DNA from: Octopus sinensis | Taxonomy: Eukaryota | Length of the DNA stretch: 64,000 bases | Direction: 5' to 3' | NCBI RefSeq assembly: GCF_006345805.1 | Contig: NC_043020.1 | Span: 496,001-560,000 of the forward strand | Shown here: piece by piece, positions 50,742 to 64,000 of the stretch | How the letters are laid out: every line of letters begins with the position of its first letter | How positions within the stretch are numbered: the stretch's first letter is position 1 | The notes under the pieces: generated by a model | What the model was told of the DNA's origin: nothing | The model's input: only the letters and a program-made list of their open reading frames with translations | The model's database searches: none | Translations under genes and position numbers: made by a program

Positions 50742-51142
50742 TTGTGTGTATCATCAATATTTTCTTAATTATCTTCGTTTAACCTCCATATTACCATGTT
50801 AACATGCATTAGATACATCTGAAGCCTGACATGTCATCAATCTTGTTGATGCTGTGTCATCTCATCTTTCAAGTCCAGTATTTTCTAGTTAAATCTCTCC
50901 GCATCTCTTTCCAACTGTTCCCTTTGATGACCCGCCTCTGCTTCCTTTTTTCCTACATATGTATATAAATGTATGTAGATTATACATATATATACTTACA
51001 CACATACTTCATGCCTATATACATATACACATGTACATGCTTATTTGCACACACACACACACACGCACGCACATGCATACACACACACATTTATATTTAT
51101 ACATATGCATGCAAACATACACACATGCTGATGGTATTTAAT

Positions 51143-51375
51143 AAGGCGGTGAGCTGGCAGACATGTTAGCACGCCGGACGAAATGCTTAGCGGTATTTCA
51201 TCTGCTGTTACGTTCTGAGTTCAAATTCCGCCGGGGTCGACTTTGCCTTTCATCCTTTCGGGGTTGATAAATTAAGTACCACTTACGCACTAGGGTCGAT
51301 TTAATCGACTTAATTCGTTTGCCTGTCCTTGTTTGTCCTCTCTGTGTTTAGCCTCTTGTGGGTAGTAAAGAAGTA
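51143..51375 (+). mobile_element. Family B SINE
   Basis: ggcggtgagctggcagacatgttagcacgccgg...gtagtaaagaa. Confidence 0.9.
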
Positions 51376-51750
51376 GATATTTATATATACATATGCATGT
51401 GTATATCTGTATTTCTATAGACACACATGCATTTTCTACACCCCCATGTATAATTGTGTATGTATAAGTGTGAGAGTCTTTGTGTATGCATGCATGTATG
51501 TGTGTTTATTAATAGTTAAAAATATATTTAGCTGACACAGCTCCCACATCACTTAAACAACTGCCTACTCCATCATATGACCACAGTTAAAGTCTGACCA
51601 TGAACACAAGCTGGGCAGTTATCTTTATGAAAATTTCAGTAATTTGGGGCTGAGTCAACTTATATAAACTTTCTACTCTCACAACACAAGTTATATTTTC
51701 TTTCATTGTCTCTGTGAAATATAGATATATACATGCATATGTATATATCT

Positions 51751-52056
51751 GTGGAGGCACAATGGCCCAGTGGTTAGGGTAGCGGACTCGCGGTCGTAGG
51801 ATCGTGGTTTCAATTCCCAGACTGGGTGTTGTGAGTGTTTATTGAGTGAAAACACCTAAAAGCTCCACGACACTCCGGCAGGGGGTTGTGGTGATCCCTG
51901 CTGTACTCTTTCGCCACAACTTTCTCTCACTCTTTCTTCTGTTGGCCTGCTCGTTTAGCCAGCGGGGTGGCGTCATTTGAAGGCTAAAACAATGCGAAGC
52001 GTATTGTGACCAGCGATGTGTAGCAACATTTGATAGCCTGGTCGGTCGCGGTGATG
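51751..52056 (+). mobile_element. Family C variant SINE with alternative tail
   Basis: The first ~180 bp match the 4830-5219 element. The tail then differs: gaaggctaaaacaatgcgaagcg...ggtcggtcgcggtgatg. Confidence 0.85.
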
Positions 52057-52900
52057 TATATATCTAGAAATATAGGTATACACATACATATGTATATATA
52101 TATAAGAATGTGTAAGTCTGTGTGTATGTTAGCATATCTAAAGGCACTAAAAGATGGTATGCATGTTATTTTCCATTTCCATATTCTAAATATTCCATGG
52201 AACACGCATACCTGACAATTCATATTATCAACTCTTGGTTTACATCCTGCTCTTGAGATTATTGAAGGAACAGTGTTCTGGGCCCTTATCCAAAGTACTT
52301 TTGTTTTTCCTTATTGTCATAGGGGAAAATGGACTGATAAATAAAGTTTAGCAGGAGACTGTTAACCCATAAATATTCATTAATTTTAATGTGTGAATTC
52401 CTACAAAATCATGCCATTTTGGCATGGATAACTTAAGTCTAGTTGCAATGCAGGAACAGGAAATGAAATGCTAACCTCTGTGTTGTGGCTGTTTCACACT
52501 CTCTAAATTCCAGAACCAATGCTTTCACCATTATGTATCATGCATAAGCACTTTAATTATCATCACTGTTTCATGTGCAGTTTTTTTTCTTTTGTTCTAC
52601 AATGGGTAGGAGGACTGGGTCTTGCCACTTATCGTGGCACTTCAAGACACATGACAGCAGAGAAAACTGATCCGCAGATAGCACTTGTCTGCCGTAACTA
52701 TTTGTGTGTATGTGTATATTAATATGTATATGTATGTGTGTGTGTCTATATGTGTATGTATGTAGGCATGTAAGTAGGTAGGTAACTTATTTGCTTTTAT
52801 TCCAATTATAGCACTATAAATATATTTAACACTTTACAAGCACATATTCTCCATCTCACATCCTGCCCCCTATCCCTCTCTTTCTCTCTCTCACACACAC

Positions 52901-52932
<32 letters not shown>

Positions 52933-53574
52933 TCAAATGCACGTGCACACACGTATATACACAAATACACATTCAAACGCATGCGTGCACACACACTTAG
53001 TACTTTCAAACACACAACAGTTGTTTTTAAAACCACACGCCGTGTTCCATGTGCATATAAAGATGCGATTATTGAGATCTATTCTTTTTTTTACTTCTTA
53101 CTAGTTATTTCCCTTAGTATAACTGTATCACTGCCAGTTGAGCTTTCGTAAGAAAAGTGTTTGACGTCTTAAAGAAAATGGATTGTTTCTGAAGTAAAAA
53201 CTAACGTGTAAATCAATGAATAAAATGAACAGAAACAAGCAGGCTGTAGATTATAAGTAATGTCACTTGCTATAGTGGTATATGCAAGTGCATGTCAGGA
53301 CAAATACATTACATTACTCAGGCAAGCATATGATGACAATTGTTATTGTTTTATCTCTTTCTGATTTCTAGTTCTACATTTCTCTGTGTGCGCAGTGTAC
53401 TGTAGTGTTGTGTATGTGTTTGTGTGTAAGCATATACCTGTGTGTATGTGTGTGTGTGTGCATGTGTGTATCTGTGATCAAACATGTTCACACATGTGTA
53501 TATATATATATATTATATATATATATGTTAACATGTATATGTACATACAGGTATCAATACATGCATTTATATAT

Positions 53575-53995
53575 AGGCATGGCTATGTGGTAAGAAGCTT
53601 GCTTCCCAACCACATGGTTCTGGGTTCGGTCACACTGCATGGCACCTTCGGCAAGTGTCTTTTACTATAGCCTTGGGCCAACCAAAGCCCTGTGAGTGAA
53701 TTTGGTAGACAAACACTGAAATATATGTATATATATATATATATATAATATATATATATATATATTATATATATATATATTTGTGTGTGTGTGTGTTTGG
53801 CCCCACCACCATTGCTTAACAACTGATGTTTGTATGTTTAGGTCCCCGTAACTTAGCGGTTCAGCAAAAGAGACTGATAAAATAAGCACTAGGCATACAA
53901 AGAATAAGTCCTGGGGTCGATTTCTTTGACTAAAAACCCTTTAAGGCAGTGCTCCAACATGGCTACAGTCAAATGACTGAAATAAGTAAAAGAAA
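53575..53995 (+). mobile_element. Family A SINE
   Basis: Head, core, internal (TA)n and tail are all present. Confidence 0.85.
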
Positions 53996-54071
53996 TATAT
54001 TTATGCGGTGGTGCCCCAGCATGACTGCAGTCTTTGGGCTAAAACATTTTTAAGGATTTAAGGATTTATAT

Positions 54072-55380
54072 ACTAGGAGTATCCAGTGTTGCTTGGATAT
54101 TAAATACTTGGCAATGGTCTTTATAGGTTCTACCATTTTTTTCGTTGTACATCTCTTTGAATATTTTTTGCATTAAGTTGCAAAGGTTGACATTGAGGAA
54201 GAAGTGATTTTTTTCCCAGTTGGTATTTATTAGTTGAACAACCAAAATGCCGGAGGAGGTGCTTGAAGTTTGGGTAATGGTGGTGGAGGGAAATGTTTAC
54301 AAATCGTACAGTTATGATGTCACAGGCATTTTATCCTATTGGGTTGGTGTTGAGAGGATATTGTCTAATTATGGGGGAATTGGTGTAAACGGCATGAACT
54401 AAGTGCCATTAGTCATTTTTGCACATTAAGGAGTAAGTGCGAGTACTAGGTTGACCTAGACCTAGTAATCTGCAAAAAGGTGAAGCTGTTGCAGTTTTCT
54501 GTAGAACCCAGATGCACAGGGACAAAGAAGAAATAATTTCCAGAAATGACGCACTATAGCAGTTCTTTTGCAACAAAAAGCAAAGAAAAAGTAAAAAATT
54601 GGGCGTTCCTTGAAACAGCTTTCATGGGTGTAACTCTGCAAAAATGTTAAAAGGTGATGTTTTACAGTATTTCGTACATCTGTCGCAAGTTAAATAAAGA
54701 ATATTAACCAAAAATAGTTTTAAACCATTGTTGAGACATTTGTACTGTTCATGTGAGATTTGGATTAATTTGGTCAAAAATGAGGGATTTAAGGGCAAAA
54801 AAACCCCCCAGTTTTCTACTCAGTTTTTTGCAATTGTTGGTCATATACAGATGAATTCTGTGAAAATTGGAGTCTTCTAACGTTATCCTTAGGATGAGTA
54901 AATAGTGTGTAGAGTTTGGATGCAATCCACCGAAGCAGTGAGAAGTTTTTGAAGATTTAAAGGGGAAAAAAGTATATAAAATGGATTTTCCCACAGTTTT
55001 TCACAGCTTTTTGTCACACAGGGATGCCTTTGGACATAGAACAGATACTTGATAGAACCGCCATCACATGGTGGTTTTTAGCTGTAAAAATCAAGGAAAT
55101 TGGACTTTCCAGTAAAAAGTTTTCTACTGTGTAACTTTGCAAAAATGCAAAAAATCGATTGTTTTCAAAGTTTTTCACAATTTTCTTGGGAATCAGAGGC
55201 CCTAAGGCAGTGCCAAAATATTTGTCTGTAATGTTGCAACGTCATAGTCCTTTTGACACCAAAATTATAAAAATCAGATGTTCCTGTAAAAACTTTTCTC
55301 GCATGCAACTTTTGGTCTTTATTGCAAAGGGGGGGGGGGCCTTCAATTTTATCGATTTTCCCCCTAGAAGTGGATATCTC
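54072..55380 (-). mobile_element. Decayed Helitron-like element (extent uncertain)
   Basis: actaggagtatccagtgttgcttgga is a degenerate reverse complement of the 49963-49990 terminus. Internal repeats gtaactytgcaaaaatg at 54630 and 55131. Confidence 0.45.
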
Positions 55381-55800
55381 TAGGCATCAGTAATGCAGCC
55401 TGGGTAAATTTGCCATTTAATAAAACAAATTTCATCAAAATCGAATGAAAAATGTGGAAACACATAAAAAAGCATATACATACACACACATGCATATTTT
55501 GAGTTTTATAGATGTGCATATGTGTGTGCATATCTCTGTCTCTCTCTCTCACACAAGTCACTTTTGTGCCTTATAAAACTACAAGCACTCATACACATTG
55601 TCATCAACAACATCATCATCATCATTTTCCCATCCACTTTTTCAATGCTGACATTGTTTTGTATCAGACTCTTCAGGGAGTTATTCTGTGATCAGATGCC
55701 CATCTTCATGCCAAACCTTTCTTGCATTCAAAACATGTATTTAGACATATGAGTGTGTCCGTAATTTTTACTCTAACCATAGGCTTACAAACCATAGGCA

Positions 55801-56183
55801 GGCGCAGGAGTGGCTGTGTGGTAAGTAGCTTGCTAACCAACCACATGGTTCCGGGTTCAGTCCCACTGCATGGCACCTTGGGCAAGTGTCTTCTACTATA
55901 GCCTCAGGCCGACCAAAGCCTTGTGAGTGGATTTTGTAGATGGAAACTGAAAGAAGCCCGTCGTATATATATATATATATATGCGTGTGTGTTTTTGTCC
56001 CCCTAGCATTGCTTGACAACCAATGCTGGTGTGTTTATGTCCCCGTTTCTTAGCGGTTCGGCAAAAGAGACCGATAGAATAAGTACTGGGCTTACAAAAG
56101 AATAAGTCCCGGGGTCGAGTTGCTCGATTAAAGGCGGTGCTCCAGCATGGCCGCAGTCAAATGACTGAAACAAGTAAAAGAGT
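55801..56183 (+). mobile_element. Full-length young family A SINE
   Basis: ggcgcaggagtggctgtgtgg...atgactgaaacaagtaaaagag. Confidence 0.93.
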
Positions 56184-56665
56184 ATTAAGTGTGTGTAAAG
56201 GCAAACATAATGCAGGCCGACCACAACATGAAGCGCAGATTGATAGCATACATCTGTTAAGTTTGATGTTTTAGCTATGAGCTTTGTCAGTCTCTTAGCA
56301 ATATTCTGAACAGATAACAATGCCCTGTAAAATTAGATACTCAACATGACCGGGATATCAATGGTAGGTACTATAGCATGTGCCTTGCTGTATTTTGTGC
56401 ACAATTATTCATTGTTCATAGTTCAAATTCCATCAAGTACTACTTAAATGCAAGCGAACAAAGAAGCTTTTGTATGGACCCACGACCTGCTAAAAACAGT
56501 AGTCAAATCTGTCTCTCTCAAATCACTCTTAACTGTCTTTGGATAAGATTTGAAAGATAAACTCTAGGCAGAACATATTGTGTTACACGAAGTGGTGGTC
56601 CACGGACTGGTACAAGTCCAGAAGCCATCAGCTGCTAGTACAAAGAAAGAAACATTATAAAATGC

Positions 56666-57020
56666 CGTACTGATCTCATTCTCGCTCACAACCTTATAAG
56701 CGGAAAGTGTAACCTCTCGAAAGAGCTGTTCTTCACTCCTGCTCCAAAGCATTGGCTGCTGGGTCACTCCGAAATGCTCTATCTGCGACAATTTCATCTC
56801 AATCGAAGGAGAGGGGCTTTCTCCGTCCGCCGGTTTGCAGATCCGTGGAATAAGCTGCCGGACGAGATAGTGAAGATGCCAACGACTGCTCGGTTCAAAG
56901 ACTCTCTTGACCAGAAATGGCCTGAACTCTTTGCATGAACACCCTCCCTGTACATAACTCCATGCCCCCCTACATGGCCTTGCTTTTTTGCTTTTTGAGC
57001 CAAAAAATTAACTTTACTCA
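56666..57020 (+). pseudogene. CR1-clade LINE 3' end (ORF2 C-terminus 56666-56938 plus 3'UTR)
   Basis: Open frame RTDLILAHNLISGK...GHSEMLYLRQFHLNRRRGAFSVRRFADPWNKLPDEIVKMPTTARFKDSLDQKWPELFA* fits the CR1-type RR..FS.RV...WN.LP..V......FK..LD motif. Confidence 0.88.
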
Positions 57021-58690
57021 AATGGTTATGTAATATTGTGTTATTTGTTCACAAAATAATTATAAGATAAAAAAATTGTCAACTTTTATTATATCTATTC
57101 TCCGAAAGAGAGAGAGGGAAAAACTACCTTGCTTGGTAACAGGTGGGGGTTGGCGTCAGGAAGGGCATCCGGCCGTAGAAAGCTTGCCACACGCTTAGCG
57201 CTGCGTATATGTGCACACATTTTTAAGTAGGCGCAGGCATGTCTGTGTGGTTAGGGAGCTTGCTTCCTAGCTATATGGTTTCGGGTTCAGTCCCACTGCG
57301 TGGCGCTTTGGATAGGTGTCTTCCCCTATAGCCCCAAGCCTACCGGAGCTTTGTGATTGAATTCAGCAGGCGGAAGTTACTGCCGTGTGTGTATATGTGC
57401 GTGTAGGTGCTTGTGCCTCTCCGAAAGAGAGAGAGGGTTTCTGGTATAAATTAATATTACTATGAAATATTACCGGTCCCTGGCACATTGGAAAAAAAAA
57501 AAACTGCCAGTATGCCACATTAGATAGTTTGAGAAGCACTGGTCTTAGATCATTGGTCTGTTTGTTTAGTGCTGTCCTGGGGCTAACAACAACAACAACA
57601 ACTGCCTCTCCATTGTACAATGGAGGTTTTGTACAATCAACTAAGCTCCCATTCTTCCTGCAAGCATTTGAGTGTATTGAAGAATATCAGGTTTTCCTTC
57701 ATTTCAAAAATAATCTCCTTTCATTCATTCATTTTTTTTCCTTTTGCAATGGAGGTGCGGTTATATTCTACTATTTTTTTTTTAATTATTAATTCTTTTC
57801 ATTTCATTTTTATTCTTTTTTGTTTATCTCCCACCCCACTTGCCATCAGCCTCCTTCCTCTGCATCTTCAATTTCATCTATTGAATGTCTTTTTTTTTAT
57901 GATTAAAATGCTTGAGCATTTTATTTTTTTCATCACTTTTTTTTTTATTCTTCATTATTATTATTATTTTATTTTTGAATAGGAATTGTTTTACTTGTTG
58001 TTATTGTAGTTTATATTCTGTTATGTTTACGAGCTGGAGGCAACAGGAGACTGTTGATTCACTGGACATGTGTAGTATTCCACTCCAAAATCATCGGTTG
58101 CTGTCCATCATCATCATCATCATTAGCCCACTTTCCCATACTTGTATGGGTCAGGCAGCATTTATTGATGCCAGTTTTCTGTGGATGGATGCCCTTCCTG
58201 TTGCCAACCCTCGCCTGTTTCATAGCTAGGTATTATTTCCCTCCCTGGCCAGACATCATCATCATCATCATCATTTAGCATCCGCTTTCCATGCTAGCAT
58301 GGGCTGGAAGGTTCGACCGGGGATCTGGGAAGCCAGAAGGCTGCACCGGGTCCAGTCTGATCTGGCAATGTTTCTACGGCTGGATGCCCTTCCTAACGCC
58401 AACCACTCCGTGAGTGTAGTGGGTGCTCTTTACGTGCCACTGATTTGTTGAATATTGGAAATAAATGAAACTGCTTTTATAACAATGATGCTCATTTACA
58501 ACTCTCACACAATGCTAAGACAAGGACACACAGATATACACACCCTCATATGCATATACACAAACACACACATGCATGCCTACATACATACATATAACTG
58601 GCTTCTTTTGGTTTCCATCTCACAAATTGACTGATTAGGTTTGTAGGAGACACTTACCTAAAGTGCTAAACAGCAGGACTGAACCTGAAA

Positions 58691-58880
58691 CCACACAGCT
58701 ATAGCTTGACCACACAGCCATAACTTAACCACACAGTCATAGCTTGACTACACAGCTATAGCTTGACCACCCAGCCAAAGCTTGACCACACAGCTAGAGC
58801 TTGACCACCCAGCCAAAGCTTGACCACACAGCTATAGCTTGACCACCCAGCCAAAGCTTGACCACACAGCTAGAGCTTGA
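58691..58880 (+). repeat. 19-bp minisatellite with alternating A/B units
   Basis: agcttgaccacacagcta(t/g) alternates with agcttgaccacccagccaa, about 10 units in total. Confidence 0.9.
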
Positions 58881-60254
58881 AGGTGTGTGGCCTTGACTTT
58901 ACAATTGTAATGTCATGGGTTTTGATTCCTAGACCAGGTAACACATTGTGTCCTTGAGCAAAGCACTTCATTTCATATTGCTCCAGTTCACTCTGCACCA
59001 CCACCACTGGCAGCAGCTACTGCTGCTGCTGCTACTGAGGGGGTCAATGTTGTGACAGACTGGTGTCCCCATTCAGTGGGGAGTCTTGGAGTCTCTGTCA
59101 TTTAAATGCCACACAAACAGAAATACACTCCAGCTTCATGAGTTTCAAGACAGATTTGAAATTTTTAACTTTATAAAACATGAACTGGGGTGGGGGAGTT
59201 GTGTGGGTGTTACATTTGCTAGAAATGGTGGCTAATCTCCCTCACTTCATTCTCTGCTGTCTTTGAAAATTGATGAAATTATTACATAATATAATCAGAG
59301 AAGGGCTCATCATGGCTGTAATAATTTTGTTCCTAGGTCTGTCACCTTGTTCTTTACTGCCCTGTAGTTAAATAACATCTTGATGAATGAAGCTAGTTCT
59401 CTTTGACTGTGTAGCTGGTTTGCTGGCTGGCTGGTTAGATAGATGTATGATTAAACTAGTGAAATACCATTATGGTTGGCAGTCCTCTATGCTATCACAC
59501 ATACACATATACACTTCCTATTAACTTTGAAAAGACCCTGCAAACAAATCTGCACTGCTTATAACAAAAATAAATAAATAGAGAGAGAGAGAGACAGAGA
59601 GACCCCTGGAGAGTTTGTAATTGCTGTGAGGGTGTGAAAGTATCTGACATTTCAGATACAGGCCCTTCGACAGATTCTTCAGACACCGGATTGTATTACA
59701 ATTGTTGAGATCATTATAAGATCATATCTTGCTACAGCCCTGGTGCTGCCATCATCTCTGGACAACGCAGTTTATTTACTTTCTTTGCCTTGGGTCAACC
59801 TTACTATAAAAAGAAAAAAAAAAAATCTGTGTTATTTTAACTTTTCAGCTGACTGGTTCACATTTAACCATAGAATATATATATATAGAAAAAAACATAA
59901 ACTGATTGCTCCAGCAGTATTTCCAAATTTGACAAATTAAGAAAAAATAAAATGCAAAAGAAGAAGATCACTCCATCCCTGCTGGCATGAGGAAAAAAAA
60001 ATGATGTAACAAATAAATAAATAAATAAATAAATGAATGATGGTGATGACACAGCTACGATGAAATTGTAGCTTCGGTATATCAATTTCACTTTTTTGTC
60101 TATTTATGTTTAACTGACAGCTATGAATTCCAGTTCTTTCAGAAATTTTTACTGTCGTCATTTTATTCAAAAAGAAAAATAATTAATTTTTACACACACT
60201 CACACACACATGTATGTATGTGTGTGTTTGTGTGTGTGTGTGTGTGTGTGTATA

Positions 60255-60261
60255 GACAGAC

Positions 60262-60333
<72 letters not shown>

Positions 60334-60337
60334 GATG

Positions 60338-60376
<39 letters not shown>

Positions 60377-60535
60377 GATGGATAGATAGATAGATAGATA
60401 GATGATGGATAGATAGATAGATAGATAGATGATGGATAGATAGATAGATAGATAGAATGAAAGATAGATAGATAGAATGAAAGATAGATAGATAGAATGA
60501 AAGATAGATAAGTAGATAGATAGATAGATAGATAC
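60255..60535 (+). repeat. (GATA)n tract with higher-order variants
   Basis: gatgatg interruptions recur three times, and gatagaatgaaa three times. Confidence 0.92.
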
Positions 60536-60667
60536 ACACACAGGGTGGGGCATAAAGATCTCCTACATTGTGAATGAATATAAAAAGAGAACACAACCAT
60601 CCAGAAAAAAAAATATTATGTTTCTGAAAAGTACATAAAAGACAGTTTATTTTATTTAACATAGGCA

Positions 60668-60857
60668 GAGTTTCTACAGCTGGATGCCCTTCCTAACGAC
60701 AACTCTCGGAGTGGTTGGCATTAGGAAGGGCATCCAGCTGTAGAAACTCTGCCAGATCAAGATTGGAGCCTGGTGCAGCCATCTGGCTCGCCAACCCTCA
60801 GTCAAATCGTCCAACCCATGCTAGCATGGAAAGCGGACGTTAAACCTGATGATGATG

Positions 60858-60903
<46 letters not shown>

Positions 60904-61066
60904 GGAGTGGTTGGTGTTAGGAAGGGCATCCAGCAGTAGAAACTCTGCCAGATCAAAATTGGAACCTGGTGCAGCCATCTGGCTCGCCAGCCTTCAGTCA
61001 AATCGTCCAACCCATGCTAGCATGGAAAGCAGACATTAAACGATGATGATGATGATGATGATGATG
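60668..61066 (+). mobile_element. Two tandem family D 3' ends separated by (ATT)n
   Basis: cggagtggttgg...gaaagcggacgttaaa and a near-identical second copy starting at 60901. Confidence 0.88.
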
Positions 61067-61897
61067 GTAGGTCAGCAAAAAAGACCACTGAAATGAATAC
61101 AAAATTTTAAATAAGTACTGGGCTTGACTTGTTTGACTAAATCCCTTTGAGGCAGTGCACCAGCATGGCCTTGTTCCAGTGACTGAAGCATGTAGGAGAT
61201 AAAACAATAGATGTGTGTTTAGGCATAGGCAAAAACCTGTTGAGGTACTTCATGTAAACTTCATCCATGTCATGTGATAGACTCGTTTTGCATAATGGCA
61301 ATAAAAGGGTTTCACTTTGGTAGGTAACAAAATGTTTTAATCACACCTAGATTCTTCCAATACTTCGCTATGTTATCTCTTCATAATGTAAGTATTGATC
61401 TGCTTTCATTAGTTCGTCTGTTAGTGTCAATATTAAATATTTGTATAAGTATTTTCTTTGATGTCTTCTATAATCACCATTGTCATCTGTTTTCATTTTT
61501 CGCACTCCCTCGGGTATTCAGTCATTATTTGAATATTTGTGTGTGTGTGTGTAGTTAAGTGAGAGGTTTAGCTCAATAATGTATTATATAGACGTGTGTA
61601 TATGTGTATATTTGCTGTGTGCATCCCAGTTTCACAATAGGTACACTGCATTGCTGTATGTTGTGAGAGGTAACTAAAAGAGTCTATAACAGGAAGAGCA
61701 TTTGGCTGTAAAAACTGCTTTAGACAAAACATCCAACTCTGTTATCATTGGAAAGTAAATGGAAAAATTGCTGCTGCTGGTAATATACATACATGTGCAC
61801 ATCCAGCCATAGGAAATCTGCCTTAACAAATTCTATCTAACCCATGCAAGCATGGAAAAGTGGATGTTAAAATGACACTGATATTGATTATATATAT

Positions 61898-62462
61898 CAT
61901 CATCATCATCATCATCATTTAACGTCCGCTTTCCATGCTAGCATGGGTTGGACGGTTCAACTGGGGTCTGGGGAGCCCGAAAGCTGCACCAGTCCAGTCG
62001 ATCTGGCAGTGTTTTCTACAGCTGGATCCCTTCCTAACGCCAACCACTCCGAGGGTGTAGTGGGTGATTTTATGTGCCACCGACACAGGTGCCAGACGAG
62101 GCTGGCAAACGGCCACGATCGGATGGTGCTTGTTACGTGCCCACAGCACGGAGGCCAGTCGATGCGGTACTGGCTACGGCCACGTTCGGATGGTTTTTTT
62201 CTGTGTGCCACGTGCCACCGGCACTGGTACCACAAAGATACAAATTCCATTGATGTTCATCTATTTTGATTTGTTTTGATTTTCACTTGCCTCAACAGGT
62301 CTTCACAAGTGTCACAAGAAGGAAGGTATGCACAGGTGGACTGACTACGTCCCAGGTAGGGGCCATGGGTTTATGGCCTGACTAGTCTTGCCGGGTCTTC
62401 GGATGGTGTTTTTATGTGCCACCGACACAGGTGCTAGATGAGGCTGGCGAACGGCCACGATC
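61898..62462 (-). mobile_element. Longest family D copy (last RTE ORF2 codons plus 3'UTR with modules)
   Basis: Minus strand gaagacccggcaagactag (KTRQD*), UTR, tandem modules, core and (ATG)n tail. Confidence 0.85.
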
Positions 62463-62472
62463 GGATATATAT

Positions 62473-62695
62473 ATTTCTTTACTACCCACAAGGGGCTAAA
62501 CGCAGAGGGGACAAACAAGGACAGACAAAGGGATTAAGTTGATTACATCGACCCCAGTGCGTAACTTGTACTTAATTTACGACCCCGAAAGGAGGAAAGG
62601 CAAAGTCGACCTCAGCGGAATTTGAACTCGGAACGTATCGACAGATGAAATACGGCCACGCATTTTGTCCAGCATGCTAACATTTCTGCCAGCTC

Positions 62696-62698
<3 letters not shown>
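62473..62698 (-). mobile_element. Family B SINE
   Basis: tttctttactacccacaagggg...tttctgccagctcacc. Confidence 0.9.
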
Positions 62699-62741
<43 letters not shown>

Positions 62742-63064
62742 CAGACTATATATGTACATATATTTACAGACCTCATTTGTTGTACTTGATGAATTTTTTT
62801 TATTATTCTTATTCATCTATCATGCCTGGTCATATATATATATATATATATATATATCCTAGCAACTTCTGTTTCTGACATCCCCCAGTTGAACAGTATT
62901 GTGAGAAGCTGTCAAAATTGTGATCATATTTGGTCAGCAGCTGCTGAGGGAATGAACACATTTGCATCCTTTGTGTGTGTGCTTCTGTTTCCTTATAAAT
63001 TCCATTGTTACTCACCTCTGTCACATTTTCATTATACATACATATAGATATAGATATACATTTA

Positions 63065-63448
63065 TAGGAATAGGAGTGGCTGTGTGGTAGTTAGCTTGCT
63101 TACCAACCACATGGTTCTGGGTTCAGTCCCACTGCGTGGCACCTTGGGCAAGTGTCTTCTCCTATAGCCTCTGGCTGACCAAAGCCTTGTGAGTGGATTT
63201 GGTAGACGGAAACTGAAAGAAGCCCATCGTGTATATATATATATATATGTATGTTTGTGTGTGTGTGTCCCAACATCCCTTGACAACCAATGCTGGTGTG
63301 TTTATGAAACCGATACAAAAGAAACCGATACAATAAGCACTAGGCTTACAAAGAATAACTCTTAGGGTTGATTTGCTTTACTAAATGTGGTGCTCCGACA
63401 TGGCCACAGTCAAAATTGACTTAAACCAGTAAAAGAATAAAAGAATAT
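63065..63448 (+). mobile_element. Family A SINE
   Basis: ggagtggctgtgtggtagttagc...ttgggcaagtgtc...aaaccagtaaaagaataaaag. Confidence 0.88.
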
Positions 63449-63726
63449 AATTATATATATATATATATCATCATCATCATCATCATCACCCCCCAAACAC
63501 AATGTTTTGTGACACTGATTATGAATAGAGCGTCCTGTGGATTTGTAAGACATGCATCTGCTTTGGTAACAGAGGGCTGGAATTTTGTTACTTTGATTAA
63601 TATGTTGTTCTCATTCACCCAGTGGTAATACAGTGGGCAGATTTTGTTGCAGGGCATAAATATCAATTTTCATGATCTTTTGCATCATCTATGTAGCCTC
63701 TGAGTATAACCAATTATATAGTTTTG

Positions 63727-64000
63727 TCTATGTCTAGCAACGTTATACGGAACAAAAGTAAATCTAGAATGGATCCCTGTGATGCTCCACTGACAACCAC
63801 AGATTTTTCATATAGGACTCCATTGACCACCCTCTGTTTGGCTTTAGACCTTCAGAAAAACCCAAAACCCAAATGCGCAACCTTCTTGTTATGCCAGCTT
63901 TTTCAATAAGATTCTATGTCCAACTTTGCCAAAAGTATTTGCAAAATTGAAATATAGATGGTCAATTCTTGATTCATGTAGCAGCTGCCTCAAAATTTTG
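63727..64000 (-). pseudogene. CR1/L2-type reverse-transcriptase fragment, running off the window end
   Basis: Minus strand DHLYFNFANTFGKVGHRILLKKL* ... VNGVLYEKSVVVSGASQGSILDLLLFRITLLDID, a decayed form of YLDFAKAFDKVDH and SGVPQGS. Confidence 0.85.

Noticed and set aside
59495-59686. Protein-like ORF MSEESVEGPVSEMSDTF
   Set aside because: It starts at GTG with an in-frame stop just upstream, has no acceptor or donor, and ends in a GA microsatellite.

Overview
AT-rich, microsatellite-dense animal DNA made almost entirely of interspersed repeats. The repeat set (tRNA-headed SINEs, RTE and CR1 LINE fragments, TTAA/TA/8-bp-TSD MITEs, Helitron-like elements) suggests a coleoid cephalopod, most likely Octopus; this is an inference from recalled repeat families, not a database match. 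I find no confident host protein-coding exon. Nearly all ORFs in the supplied track are translations of microsatellites or SINEs. Recognisable coding remnants are retroelement ORF2 pieces: RTE-type at about 5713-5793, 9768-9872, 24256-24507, 36927-38150, 46793-47112 and 48265-48425, and CR1-type at 56666-56938 and 63727-64000. Family names A, B, B2, C, D, E and G are my own labels. Best candidate for something new: a tRNA-headed non-autonomous element at 3441-4050 that carries a decayed minimal hammerhead ribozyme and a Penelope-style inverted terminal copy, i.e. a possible Pol III SINE mobilised by Penelope-like machinery. Other highlights: a tail-to-tail SINE pair predicted to form a ~220-bp dsRNA hairpin (37328-37797), SINE tail swapping, an RTE 3'UTR with a variable-copy hairpin module, minisatellites born from retroposons, and a ~7.5 kb SINE-poor block that may be constrained. 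Boundaries were set by eye and may be off by 10-20 bp unless a TSD or TIR is given.
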